Translations under genes and position numbers: made by a program
Shown here: positions 51,231-60,045 of the stretch, in pieces
Layout of the letters: the number at the start of each line of letters is the position of its first letter
How positions within the stretch are numbered: position 1 is the stretch's first letter
Notes under the pieces: model-generated
What the model was told of the DNA's origin: nothing
Database searches by the model: none
The model's input: only the letters and a program-made list of their open reading frames with translations
NCBI GenBank assembly: GCA_020248405.1
Contig: JADCHQ010000042.1
Coordinates: 228 to 64,227 of the forward strand
Length of the DNA: 64,000 nucleotides
Source: Rhodocyclaceae bacterium
Lineage (GTDB): Bacteria; Pseudomonadota; Gammaproteobacteria; Burkholderiales; Ga0077523
Direction: 5' to 3'

Positions 51231-51812
51231 TCACACCTTGGAGAGCAGCCGCAGGGCCTGGCGGATGGCGTCGGGCACGGCCAGCCCGGGCTCGATGCGG
51301 CCCAGGGCAGCACGCGCCTCCTTGTCGTTGTAGCCCAGGGCCAGCAGGGCATTGAGGGCATCGCTGCCCGCCGGCACCGCGCCGCCACCGGCCAGCGCCA
51401 CCCCGGGCGCGAAGGAAAGCTTGTCCTTCAGCTCGAGCACCAAGCGCTCAGCGGTTTTCTTGCCGATGCCTGGCACGCGCGTCAGGCGAGCGCTGTCCTG
51501 CTGGCCGATGGCGGCGTACAACTCGTCCACCGACAGCCCCGAGAGCAGCGCCAGCGCCGTGCGCGTGCCGACGCCGGTGATCCTGAGCAACTGGCGGAAC
51601 ACCTGGCGCTCGGACTCGGTGGCGAAACCGAACAGCAAGTGCGCATCCTCGCGCACCACCAGATGGGTGAACAGACGCACCTCCTGGCCGATGGCCGGAA
51701 GCTGGTAGAAGGTGCTCATGGGCACGTCCAGCTCGTAGCCCACGCCCTGCACCTCCACCACGATGGCCGGCGGAGACTTCTCCACCAGCCGGCCGGCAAG
51801 GCGTGAGATCAC
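51231..51812 (-). CDS. ruvA: Holliday junction DNA helicase subunit RuvA
   Basis: C-terminal 193 codons of track ORF 51231..52064. GTG 51812 overlaps the ruvC stop. [11 protein letters not shown]..., [20 protein letters not shown]. Confidence 0.9.
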   Translation of the reverse strand: MISRLAGRLVEKSPPAIVVEVQGVGYELDVPMSTFYQLPAIGQEVRLFTHLVVREDAHLLFGFATESERQVFRQLLRITGVGTRTALALLSGLSVDELYAAIGQQDSARLTRVPGIGKKTAERLVLELKDKLSFAPGVALAGGGAVPAGSDALNALLALGYNDKEARAALGRIEPGLAVPDAIRQALRLLSKV

Positions 51813-52330
51813 ACCAGCCTCCCGCCACGCACGCGATAGCCCGCCGTGGCCAGGGAACCCAGGCCAAGGCCGCCATGGGCATGACAGATGGCGCAGGCCA
51901 GCGCGTCGGCGGCATCGGCGCCGGGCAGGCCGGGTAGCGCCAGCAGCCGGCGCACCATCTCCTGCACCTGCTCCTTGCGCGCGTGGCCGTTGCCCACCAC
52001 CGCCTGCTTCACCTGCAAGGCGGTGTACTCGTGCACCGGCAATCCGCGCGAGACGGCGGCGCACACCGCCGCGCCGCGCGCCTGACCGAGCTTGAGGGTG
52101 GCCTGGGCATTGACGTTCACGAACACCTGCTCCACGGCCACCTGCTCGGGCCCGCCCTGCTCGATGACCTGAGCGAGCCCGTCGAGAATGGACTTGATGC
52201 GCTCGGGCAGGCTGGCGGTGTCGTCGGTGCGGATGCGCCCGCTGGTGACGTAGGCGAGCTTGCGCCCCTCCAGGCCCACGATGCCGTAGCCGGTAATGCG
52301 CAGCCCGGGGTCGATGCCGAGAATGCGCAC
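51809..52330 (-). CDS. ruvC: Crossover junction endodeoxyribonuclease RuvC
   Basis: C-terminal 173 codons of track ORF 51809..52483. GTG 52330 ([16 protein letters not shown]). [13 protein letters not shown]. Confidence 0.9.
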   Translation of the reverse strand: MRILGIDPGLRITGYGIVGLEGRKLAYVTSGRIRTDDTASLPERIKSILDGLAQVIEQGGPEQVAVEQVFVNVNAQATLKLGQARGAAVCAAVSRGLPVHEYTALQVKQAVVGNGHARKEQVQEMVRRLLALPGLPGADAADALACAICHAHGGLGLGSLATAGYRVRGGRLV

Positions 52331-52340
52331 GGCGCGCCTC

Positions 52341-53072
52341 TCACGCCTCGTCCATGGCGGCGTTGGTGTAGACCTCCTGCACGTCGTCCAGCGACTCCAG
52401 CGCGTCGAGCAGCTTCTGCATCCTGGCGGCATCATCGCCCGCGAGCGCGGTCTCGGAGCCGGGGCGCATGGTGATCTCGGCAAAGGCGGGCTTGAGGCCG
52501 GCCTTCTGGAGCGCCTCTTTCACCGCCACGAAATCGTTGTTCGGGGCGGTGAGCACCTCGATGGAGCCGTCGTCGTTGCTCACCACGTCCTCGGCGCCCG
52601 CCTCGAGGGCCACCTCCATGACCTGGTCCTCGGAGGCGCCCGGCTCCAGCACCAGCTGGCCGCAGTGCTTGAACAGGAAAGCCACAGAGCCATCGGTGCC
52701 CAGGTTGCCGCCGTGCTTGGCGAAGGCGTGGCGCACGTCGGCCACGGTGCGGGTGCGGTTGTCGGTCATGCAGTCCACGATCACCGCCACTCCGCCGATG
52801 CCGTAGCCCTCGTAGCGCACCTCCTCGTAGTTGACGCCTTCGAGCGCACCGGTGCCGCGCTTGATGGCGTTCTCGATGGTGTCCTTGGGCATGTTCTGCT
52901 CGCGGGCCTTGTCGATGGCCAGGCGAAGCCGCGGGTTGGAGCCGGCATCACCGCCGCCCAGCCGGGCGGCCACGGTCACTTCCTTGATGAGTCGCGTGAA
53001 AATCTTGCCGCGCTTGGCGTCGGCGGCGGCCTTCTTGTGCTTGATGTTGGCCCACTTGCTATGCCCTGCCAT
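52341..53072 (-). CDS. yebC: YebC/PmpR-family DNA-binding regulator
   Basis: Track [29 protein letters not shown]. Confidence 0.95.
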   Translation of the reverse strand: MAGHSKWANIKHKKAAADAKRGKIFTRLIKEVTVAARLGGGDAGSNPRLRLAIDKAREQNMPKDTIENAIKRGTGALEGVNYEEVRYEGYGIGGVAVIVDCMTDNRTRTVADVRHAFAKHGGNLGTDGSVAFLFKHCGQLVLEPGASEDQVMEVALEAGAEDVVSNDDGSIEVLTAPNNDFVAVKEALQKAGLKPAFAEITMRPGSETALAGDDAARMQKLLDALESLDDVQEVYTNAAMDEA

Positions 53073-53136
53073 GACGTCCTCTGAAACTGGATTGATATAA
53101 TTTTCAGAATCTTACATTGCCGTCACGGAGCCCGCC

Positions 53137-54669
53137 ATGCCGCAACCCCTGCTGATCGCCAAGGCCGCGCGCGATCTGAACATCTTGCCGGGCCTGGCGA
53201 ACCGGCATGGCCTGATCACCGGCGCCACCGGCACGGGCAAGACCGTGACGCTGCAGCGCATGGCCGAGGAGTTCTCGCTGGCCGGCGTGCCGGTGTTCAT
53301 GGCCGACGTGAAGGGCGACCTGTCGGGCCTGTCGCAACCCGGCGCATGGAACCCGAAATTGAAGGAGCGCGCCGGGAAACTGGGCATGGCCGACCTGCAG
53401 TTCTCCGGCTTCCCGGTGGCCTTCTGGGACGTGTATGGCGAACAGGGCCATCCCGTGCGCGCCACCATCTCGGAGATGGGGCCGCTGCTGCTCGGGCGGC
53501 TGCTGGGCCTCAACGACGTGCAGCAGGGCGTGCTGACGCTGGCCTTCCGCATTGCCGATGACAAGGGGCTGCTGCTGCTGGACCTGAAGGACCTGCGGGC
53601 CATGATCCAGTTCACCGGTGAGAACGCCAAGAGCTTCACCACCGAGTACGGCAACATCTCCACTGCCTCCATCGGCGCCATCCAGCGCGGCCTGCTGGAA
53701 CTCGAACAGCAGGGCGCGGAGCGGCTGTTCGGCGAGCCGGCCCTGGACCTGGACGATCTGATGCAGACCGGCGCCGGGGGGCTCGGGGTTATCAACATCC
53801 TCGCCGCCGACCGGCTGATGCACTCGCCCAAGCTCTACGCCACCTTCCTGCTGTGGCTGCTCTCCGAGCTGTTCGAGCGCCTGCCCGAGGTGGGCGACGC
53901 GCCCAAGCCGAAGCTGGTGTTCTTCTTCGACGAGGCGCACCTGCTGTTCGACGACGCCCCCGATGCGCTGCTGGACAAGATCGAACAGGTGGTGCGCCTG
54001 ATCCGCTCCAAGGGCGTGGGCGTGTTCTTCGTCACCCAGAACCCGCTGGACGTGCCCGAGAAGGTGCTCGGCCAGCTGGGCAATCGCGTGCAGCACGCGC
54101 TGCGCGCCTTCACGCCCCGCGACCAGAAGGCCGTCAAGACAGCAGCCACCACCATGCGCGCCAATCCCGCCCTCGACACCGAGAAGGCCATCACCGAGCT
54201 GGGCGTGGGCGAGGCGCTGGTGTCCTTTCTGGACGAAAAGGGCCGCCCGGAGATGGTGGAGCGCGCCTTCGTCTGCCCGCCCCGCAGCCGCCTCGGCCCG
54301 GTCAGCGCCGAGGAGCGGCAGGCGGTGATCCGGGCCTCGGCCCTGTTTGGCCATTACGAGAAGGCGGTGGACCGGGAATCGGCCTACGAGATGCTGCGTG
54401 GCCGCGGTGATGGACAGACCGCCGGTGCGGCGGCCGGCGGCCCGGCTTCGGCGAAGGACGCGGCCCCCGCTGGCGATGGCGGCCTGTTCGGCGGGCTGAG
54501 CGACATCCTGTTCGGCCGCACCGGGCCCCGCGGCGGCCACACGCCGGGCGTGTTCGACGCTGCTGCCAAGAGCGCGGCGCGCTCAGTGGGCTCGGCCGTG
54601 GGCCGGGAGATCGTGCGCGGCGTGCTCGGCTCTATCCTGGGCGGCACCACCTCCCGCCGGCGGCGCTGA
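53137..54669 (+). CDS. HerA-like P-loop ATPase (DUF853 / YjgR family)
   Basis: Track [20 protein letters not shown] (Walker A), [12 protein letters not shown] (Walker B). Confidence 0.9.
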   Translation: MPQPLLIAKAARDLNILPGLANRHGLITGATGTGKTVTLQRMAEEFSLAGVPVFMADVKGDLSGLSQPGAWNPKLKERAGKLGMADLQFSGFPVAFWDVYGEQGHPVRATISEMGPLLLGRLLGLNDVQQGVLTLAFRIADDKGLLLLDLKDLRAMIQFTGENAKSFTTEYGNISTASIGAIQRGLLELEQQGAERLFGEPALDLDDLMQTGAGGLGVINILAADRLMHSPKLYATFLLWLLSELFERLPEVGDAPKPKLVFFFDEAHLLFDDAPDALLDKIEQVVRLIRSKGVGVFFVTQNPLDVPEKVLGQLGNRVQHALRAFTPRDQKAVKTAATTMRANPALDTEKAITELGVGEALVSFLDEKGRPEMVERAFVCPPRSRLGPVSAEERQAVIRASALFGHYEKAVDRESAYEMLRGRGDGQTAGAAAGGPASAKDAAPAGDGGLFGGLSDILFGRTGPRGGHTPGVFDAAAKSAARSVGSAVGREIVRGVLGSILGGTTSRRRR

Positions 54670-54674
54670 AGGGC

Positions 54675-55625
54675 GTGGCGGCGGCCAGTCCCGAGGCCGC
54701 GCCGGGCGGCCACCCCTCCCTGGTGGGGACGGTGCTGGTGTTCCTGTCGGCGGTGGGGTTTTCCATCAAGGCGGTGCTCATCAAGATCGCCTATGGCCAC
54801 GGAGTGGATGCCATCACGGTGTTCGCGCTGCGCATGCTGTTCTCGGCGCCGTTCTTCCTGCTCATGGCCTGGTGGGCCGCGCGGCGCGCGCCGCCACAAC
54901 CGATGACGCGCCGCGACTGGCTGCATGTGGTGGCCATGGGCTTCGTGGGTTACTACCTCGCCTCGCTGCTGGATTTCCTGGGCCTGCAGTACGTGTCAGC
55001 GAGCTTCGAGCGCCTGGTGCTGTTTCTGTACCCCACCATCGTGGTGCTGCTGTCGGCGTGGCTGCTGGGTACGCCGGTGCGCAGCCGCCACGGGCTGGCG
55101 CTGCTGCTCTCCTACGCGGGCATCGGGCTGGTATTCGCCGGCCAGTGGTCGCGCGCCGAACGCGCCGAGCATCTGGCCCTGGGCGCAGGCCTGGTGTTCG
55201 CGAGCGCCGTGGTCTATTCGTTTTACCTGGTGTTCTCCAGCCGCATCGTGCCGCGGGTGGGCGCCATGCGCTTCACCGCCTGGGCGATGCTGGTATCCAC
55301 CGTGTTCGCGCTGGCGCAGTTCCTCTTCACCCACCGCCTGTCGGCGTTGGCGCTGCCCGCGCCGGTGTACAGCCTGTCGCTGACGCTGGCGGTGGTGGCC
55401 ACCGTGCTGCCGGCGCTGTTTCTCTCCGAAGGGCTGCGCCGGGTGGGCGCCAACCACGCCGCGCTGGTGGGCTCCGTGGGACCGGTGGTGACTCTGGCCC
55501 TGGGGGCCATGTTCCTGGGCGAGCACCTGGACGCGCCGCAACTGTGCGGCGCGGCCCTGGTGCTGGCGGGGGTGACGTTGGTTAGCCTGCGCCCGGCCCG
55601 AGCGGAAGAGGCGAGCCCGCGCTGA
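54675..55625 (+). CDS. DMT-superfamily (EamA-type) transporter
   Basis: Track ORF. About 10 TM segments in two EamA-like halves. GTG start, uncertain. Confidence 0.8.
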   Translation: MAAASPEAAPGGHPSLVGTVLVFLSAVGFSIKAVLIKIAYGHGVDAITVFALRMLFSAPFFLLMAWWAARRAPPQPMTRRDWLHVVAMGFVGYYLASLLDFLGLQYVSASFERLVLFLYPTIVVLLSAWLLGTPVRSRHGLALLLSYAGIGLVFAGQWSRAERAEHLALGAGLVFASAVVYSFYLVFSSRIVPRVGAMRFTAWAMLVSTVFALAQFLFTHRLSALALPAPVYSLSLTLAVVATVLPALFLSEGLRRVGANHAALVGSVGPVVTLALGAMFLGEHLDAPQLCGAALVLAGVTLVSLRPARAEEASPR

Positions 55626-55695
55626 GGTCCGCAGCCGCGCTTCTCTGGCATGATGCACGGCCCATGCACGCCGCCCCCGCCATGCCGAGAACGCA

Positions 55696-56574
55696 GTGAA
55701 CGCCGGCATCGCCTTCGGCCTTGGCGCCTACTTGCTGTGGGGCCTGTTCCCGCTGTTTTTCCGCGCGGTGGCGCACGTGCCGCCGCTGGAGATCCTCGCC
55801 CATCGCGTGCTGTGGACGCTGGCCTTCGTGCTGGCGATCCTGGCGGTGCAGCGCAACTGGAGCTGGCTGCGTACGCTGGCCACGTGCCCGCGGGTGCTGG
55901 CAACCTTTGCGCTGAGCGCCCTGATGGTGTCCGTCAACTGGGGCGTGTACATCCTGGCCGCCACCACCGATCGCGTCATCGACGCCACCCTGGGCTATTT
56001 CATGAACCCGCTGGTGAACGTGATGCTGGGCGCGTTGGTGCTGCACGAACGCCTGCGGCGGGTGCAGTGGATCGCGGTGGCCATCGCCGCGGGTGGCGTG
56101 CTGTGGCTCACGCTTCAGGCCGGCAAACTGCCGTGGATCGGTCTGACCCTGGGGCTGAGCTTCGGCTTCTACGCCCTGCTGCGCAAGACCGCCGCGCTCG
56201 GCGCGGTGGAGGGCCTGGCGGCGGAGACGTTGCTGATGGTTCCCGTGGCCGTGGCCTGGCTCGCGTGGGCGGGAACTCACGGGCAGGAGACGGCCTCGGC
56301 TGGGACCATGGGCACCTGGCTGCTGCTGGCGGCCTCGGGCCCGGTGACCGCCGTGCCGCTGCTGCTGTTCGCCGCCGCGGCGCGGCGCATCCGCCTGTCC
56401 ACCCTCGGGCTTATCCAGTACCTCGGACCAAGCATGCAACTGGTGATGGCCATCGCCTGGTTCGGCGAGCCCTTCGGTGTCAACCGCGCCCTGGGCTATG
56501 GCGCCATCTGGCTGGCGCTGGTGATCTACTCGGTGGACGGGCTGCGCACCCGGCGCACGGTGGCGCACGGTTAA
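55696..56574 (+). CDS. rarD: RarD-type EamA-family transporter
   Basis: Track ORF (GTG start). AYLLWGLFPLFF and GYFMNPLVNV blocks are typical of RarD. Confidence 0.85.
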   Translation: MNAGIAFGLGAYLLWGLFPLFFRAVAHVPPLEILAHRVLWTLAFVLAILAVQRNWSWLRTLATCPRVLATFALSALMVSVNWGVYILAATTDRVIDATLGYFMNPLVNVMLGALVLHERLRRVQWIAVAIAAGGVLWLTLQAGKLPWIGLTLGLSFGFYALLRKTAALGAVEGLAAETLLMVPVAVAWLAWAGTHGQETASAGTMGTWLLLAASGPVTAVPLLLFAAAARRIRLSTLGLIQYLGPSMQLVMAIAWFGEPFGVNRALGYGAIWLALVIYSVDGLRTRRTVAHG

Positions 56575-56598
56575 CCGGCGGCGGCGCGCAACTCCACA

Positions 56599-59223
56599 TC
56601 AGGCGGCCGGCGCCAACTCCTGCAGCGGTTCGGTACCCAGCACCCGGGCGCGCAGACGCTCCGGGGACACGAGCAGCAGCATCGGGACCTCCGCGCCAGG
56701 CTTTTCGGAGCGCGGCGTGAGCACGCCATCGAGCAGTTCCACCATCCCGGTGCCCATCATGGGCACCGGGCGCACCAGCGCCCGCGCCAGTTCCGGAATG
56801 TCGCCCAGGGCATCCACCAATACGCCGAAGGTCTGGCGGCCGTCCTCAGGGCGCATGACGATGATCTGCTGCGCCGCCGGCTCCGCCCCCGGCGCCTTGC
56901 CACGCCACTCCGGCAGATCGTAGACGGGAATCGACGCGTGGCCGTAGACCGTGAGACCCGCCACGCCGCGGGCTGCGAGCCCGGGCAGGCGGGTGAAGTG
57001 CTCCAGACCGATGGCTGTTTCCACGGTTTGCGTGGGCAATCCGTACCAGCCCTCGCCCACATAGAAGGTGGCCACCTCGATGCGCGCATCCTCGGTTTCC
57101 GGGCGCGGCCATGACCATTGGCCGGCGTCTTCACTGCCGCGCGCACCGGCGCCGCGCGCCGCCGCCAGAGCATCGCCAAGCGGCACCAGGATGATGGCGG
57201 CGATGTCGTTGCGGTAAGCGTCTTCCTCGGATTTGTATTCCCGATACCCGGAGGACATGCGCGCCCCCACGGCCCAGAGAGTGCCATCGAGCCTCGCGAT
57301 CATGCTCACCTCCTGCCCAGGGGCGAGCGCACGGATGCGGGTGTCGAGGTCGAAGGAAGCACCCGGTGCGAAGCGCTCTTCAGTGCTGGCCACGATGCGC
57401 CCGTCGCGCTGCACGAACAGGCCGATGCAACCCTTGCGCACCTCGCCACCGCCATCCCTGGGCAAGGCATCTGCCAGCATGGCGCGGAACTGCGGCTCGC
57501 CGTCGAACACGATCGCCACGCCGCCCACATTGCCGGCACCGTGCTGGCCGCGCACGGCCGCGCAATAGATGTAGGTGTGCCGGTCACCGTACAACGGTGA
57601 GGCGGCAAACCCGGACACACAGTAGTCCTGCGTGTCTCGCAGCCGCAGGGTGCGCGCTACCCAGTCCTCCTCCAGGCGGGTGCCAAGGCGTGCGCGCATG
57701 GTTTCGTTGGAAACCGCCACCACGGCACCGCTGCGGTCGAACAGCAGCAGGTCCGTGTAGACGGTATAGAGCCGGTTGATGGCCGAGAGCACGGTGGACA
57801 TCTGCTCGCATTTCCCGGCGTCGATGGCGCCGCCCGAGAGCAGATCGCGGAACAGGCTCGTGAGCGCCCACCAGCGGCAATCGTTGGCCCGTTCGTAGAG
57901 GTTGCGATCCATGATGTCGATGGCCAGCGCCGCCTGGGCAGCGCAGTCGTCCAGCATGGCCGACACCACGGTCTGGTTGAGGTGCCGGATGGAGCGGGTG
58001 AATACGTCGCGGGTGCGCGCCCCGGTACGCCCGATCTCCCACAGCAGCGCCCGCGAGAACACGCTGTTGGCGCTGCCGGCCTCGTGCGCCTGGCGCACGT
58101 TGCCATTCCACACCGACCGCGTGAGATCGGCCTGAATGTGCTCGGCGCGGGTGGGAATTTCCCGCAGCGATTGGCCGAACAGTTGCTCGCTGCGCATCAG
58201 CGCGGCGAGCACGCTGGCATCCACACCCTCACGTGACTCGGTGTCGTCGGAATCGAAGGCGTATTCCACGGGAACCATGGCGTGACCGCGCCAGCCGGGG
58301 CCCATGTACCCCTGGTAACCCACCGTGTCGCAGGTGGCAGCCACGTACTCGCGTCCTCCGAAGCGGAAGCGGCCAGTGGCCTCTCCCGCATCTTGTTCGA
58401 AGCGCACACCCGCCGGGGCATGGTGCGGATCGCTGCTGGCCACCACTCGCCCCTGGCTATCGATGAGCGCGATGAGCGTCCAGTCCGCGGCGCTGCGCAG
58501 ATTGGAGAAGATCTTGTCGCACTCGTCCTCAAGGCGAAAGCACAGGCACAGCACGGCCACGGGACGGGAACCGTCGGGCGCCATGACGCGATGGGAGTAC
58601 ACCAGCTGCGCGCCCGCGCCGGGCATCAGGTCCAGCGGACGGTACGTTTCCAGGTAGGCAGCCTCGGTTTCGAGCGCCTCGCGCACCAGCGCATCGCGGG
58701 TGTGCGTGACCGGCGACTCCTGCAACCGCGCCAGGATCTTTCCATCGAGACCGATGAGGATCACGTCGTGGTACACGGAGTACTTGCGCACATATTCGCG
58801 CATGCGCGCCAGGGTGACGTGGCCGTCCGCGGCATCGGGGTCCGCGGTGGCGCTCACCGCGAAAGCGGCCAGGTCGCTGTCCATGGCCAGGAATCCGATG
58901 TCGGCAGTGCGCTCGAAGAGGTTGCGCACCAGAATGTCGATGGCCACCTGGGCGCGAAAGCGGATGTGGATCTCGGTCTTGCGGCGCAATTCTCCCGCCA
59001 GGCTCGCCAGGAGGCGGGAGGACAGGTCCTCGAAGCTGGCTCGGGTTTCACTGATGTCGATGCCGGTGCCGGAGAGTTGGCCCAGCAGCGCCAGGTTGTT
59101 CCATACCGCCTGCAGTTTCTGCAGCGCTTCGCGATACTCCTCCACCTGACTCATGTGCTTCATGCTGGAGGCCACGCTGCGGGGAACCGCGATCCCCTTG
59201 TACACCGTCATCTCGTCGGTCAT
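56599..59223 (-). CDS. Cytoplasmic protein with two tandem sensor-like modules fused to a C-terminal CheW-like domain
   Basis: Track ORF 56599..59421. Start moved to ATG 59223 because the upstream 66 codons are rich in rare A/T-ending codons. aa ~713-860 align block-by-block with the adjacent CheW. aa ~92-323 and ~431-682 are internal duplicates. No TM segment is visible. Confidence 0.8.
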   Translation of the reverse strand: MTDEMTVYKGIAVPRSVASSMKHMSQVEEYREALQKLQAVWNNLALLGQLSGTGIDISETRASFEDLSSRLLASLAGELRRKTEIHIRFRAQVAIDILVRNLFERTADIGFLAMDSDLAAFAVSATADPDAADGHVTLARMREYVRKYSVYHDVILIGLDGKILARLQESPVTHTRDALVREALETEAAYLETYRPLDLMPGAGAQLVYSHRVMAPDGSRPVAVLCLCFRLEDECDKIFSNLRSAADWTLIALIDSQGRVVASSDPHHAPAGVRFEQDAGEATGRFRFGGREYVAATCDTVGYQGYMGPGWRGHAMVPVEYAFDSDDTESREGVDASVLAALMRSEQLFGQSLREIPTRAEHIQADLTRSVWNGNVRQAHEAGSANSVFSRALLWEIGRTGARTRDVFTRSIRHLNQTVVSAMLDDCAAQAALAIDIMDRNLYERANDCRWWALTSLFRDLLSGGAIDAGKCEQMSTVLSAINRLYTVYTDLLLFDRSGAVVAVSNETMRARLGTRLEEDWVARTLRLRDTQDYCVSGFAASPLYGDRHTYIYCAAVRGQHGAGNVGGVAIVFDGEPQFRAMLADALPRDGGGEVRKGCIGLFVQRDGRIVASTEERFAPGASFDLDTRIRALAPGQEVSMIARLDGTLWAVGARMSSGYREYKSEEDAYRNDIAAIILVPLGDALAAARGAGARGSEDAGQWSWPRPETEDARIEVATFYVGEGWYGLPTQTVETAIGLEHFTRLPGLAARGVAGLTVYGHASIPVYDLPEWRGKAPGAEPAAQQIIVMRPEDGRQTFGVLVDALGDIPELARALVRPVPMMGTGMVELLDGVLTPRSEKPGAEVPMLLLVSPERLRARVLGTEPLQELAPAA

Positions 59224-59400
59224 TTCCGCTCTCGTCAATTGGATCCGGGGAGGCTGCGCGGCGCACCGCACGAAGCTCCTGCCCGAGTCTTTACGTCTTT
59301 GAAATCCGAGACTTGAATCACCGGCCCAGCGCACCGTGATGGCGCGCAGCGCGCACCAAGGCGGAGCGGCGACGGCGCTGTTTCGGGGGGCTCCCGCACC

Positions 59401-59449
59401 ACAAAAAGGCACGGGCTGCATGCCGCTGGGAAGCGACGTGTAGCCCGTG
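59401..59449 (-). terminator. Candidate intrinsic terminator after cheW
   Basis: Minus strand: CACGGGCT-(24 nt with inner GTCGC/GCGGC pairing)-AGCCCGTG followed by CCTTTTTGT. Located about 35 nt after the cheW stop. Confidence 0.4.
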
Positions 59450-59481
59450 AGAACGACCGGAAATGAGTCAGCGCTTGCCGC

Positions 59482-59994
59482 TCAAGCGGCCAGGACCTCG
59501 TCCATGAGCGCCATGTCCGAGGACAACATCAGGCGCTCGATGTCCACCAGGATCAGCATGCGCTGGTCCACCGACCCGATGCCCGTCAGGTAACCCGTGT
59601 CGAAGCTCGCGGCGAACGCCGGCGCGGGCTTGATCTGCTCAGGTTGCAGCGTCATTACGTCGGACACGGAGTCCACCACGATGCCCACCACGCGGTTGCC
59701 GAGGTTAAGCACAATCACCACCGTGAACTGGTCGTAATTGGCCTGCCCCACCTCGAACTTGATGCGCAAGTCGATGATCGGCACGATCACCCCGCGCAGG
59801 TTGATGACCCCCTTGATGAAGTCCGGCGCGCGCGCGATGGCGGTGACGGCCTCGTAACCGCGGATCTCCTGCACCTTGAGGATCTCGATGCCGTACTCCT
59901 CCTGCCCGAGGCGGAAGGTGAGGAACTCCCCGGTTACTCCGGGGTTGCGCTCGGCCGCGGCGGCGCGAGAGCCGTTGAATTGCTGTGGCGTCAT
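59482..59994 (-). CDS. cheW: Chemotaxis coupling protein CheW
   Basis: Track ORF 59482..60033. ATG 59994 is preceded by [54 protein letters not shown]. Confidence 0.9.
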   Translation of the reverse strand: MTPQQFNGSRAAAAERNPGVTGEFLTFRLGQEEYGIEILKVQEIRGYEAVTAIARAPDFIKGVINLRGVIVPIIDLRIKFEVGQANYDQFTVVIVLNLGNRVVGIVVDSVSDVMTLQPEQIKPAPAFAASFDTGYLTGIGSVDQRMLILVDIERLMLSSDMALMDEVLAA

Positions 59995-60045
59995 GGTGTG
60001 TTCCTGCGTGAGATGGGTGGTGGAACGCGACAAGCCTGGCAGCGC

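Noticed and set aside
59224-59421. 66-codon N-terminal extension of the sensor-CheW ORF.
   Set aside because: It is dense in A/T-ending and otherwise rare codons, unlike the rest of the gene. ATG 59223 has a purine-rich stretch upstream. The exact start still needs experimental confirmation.
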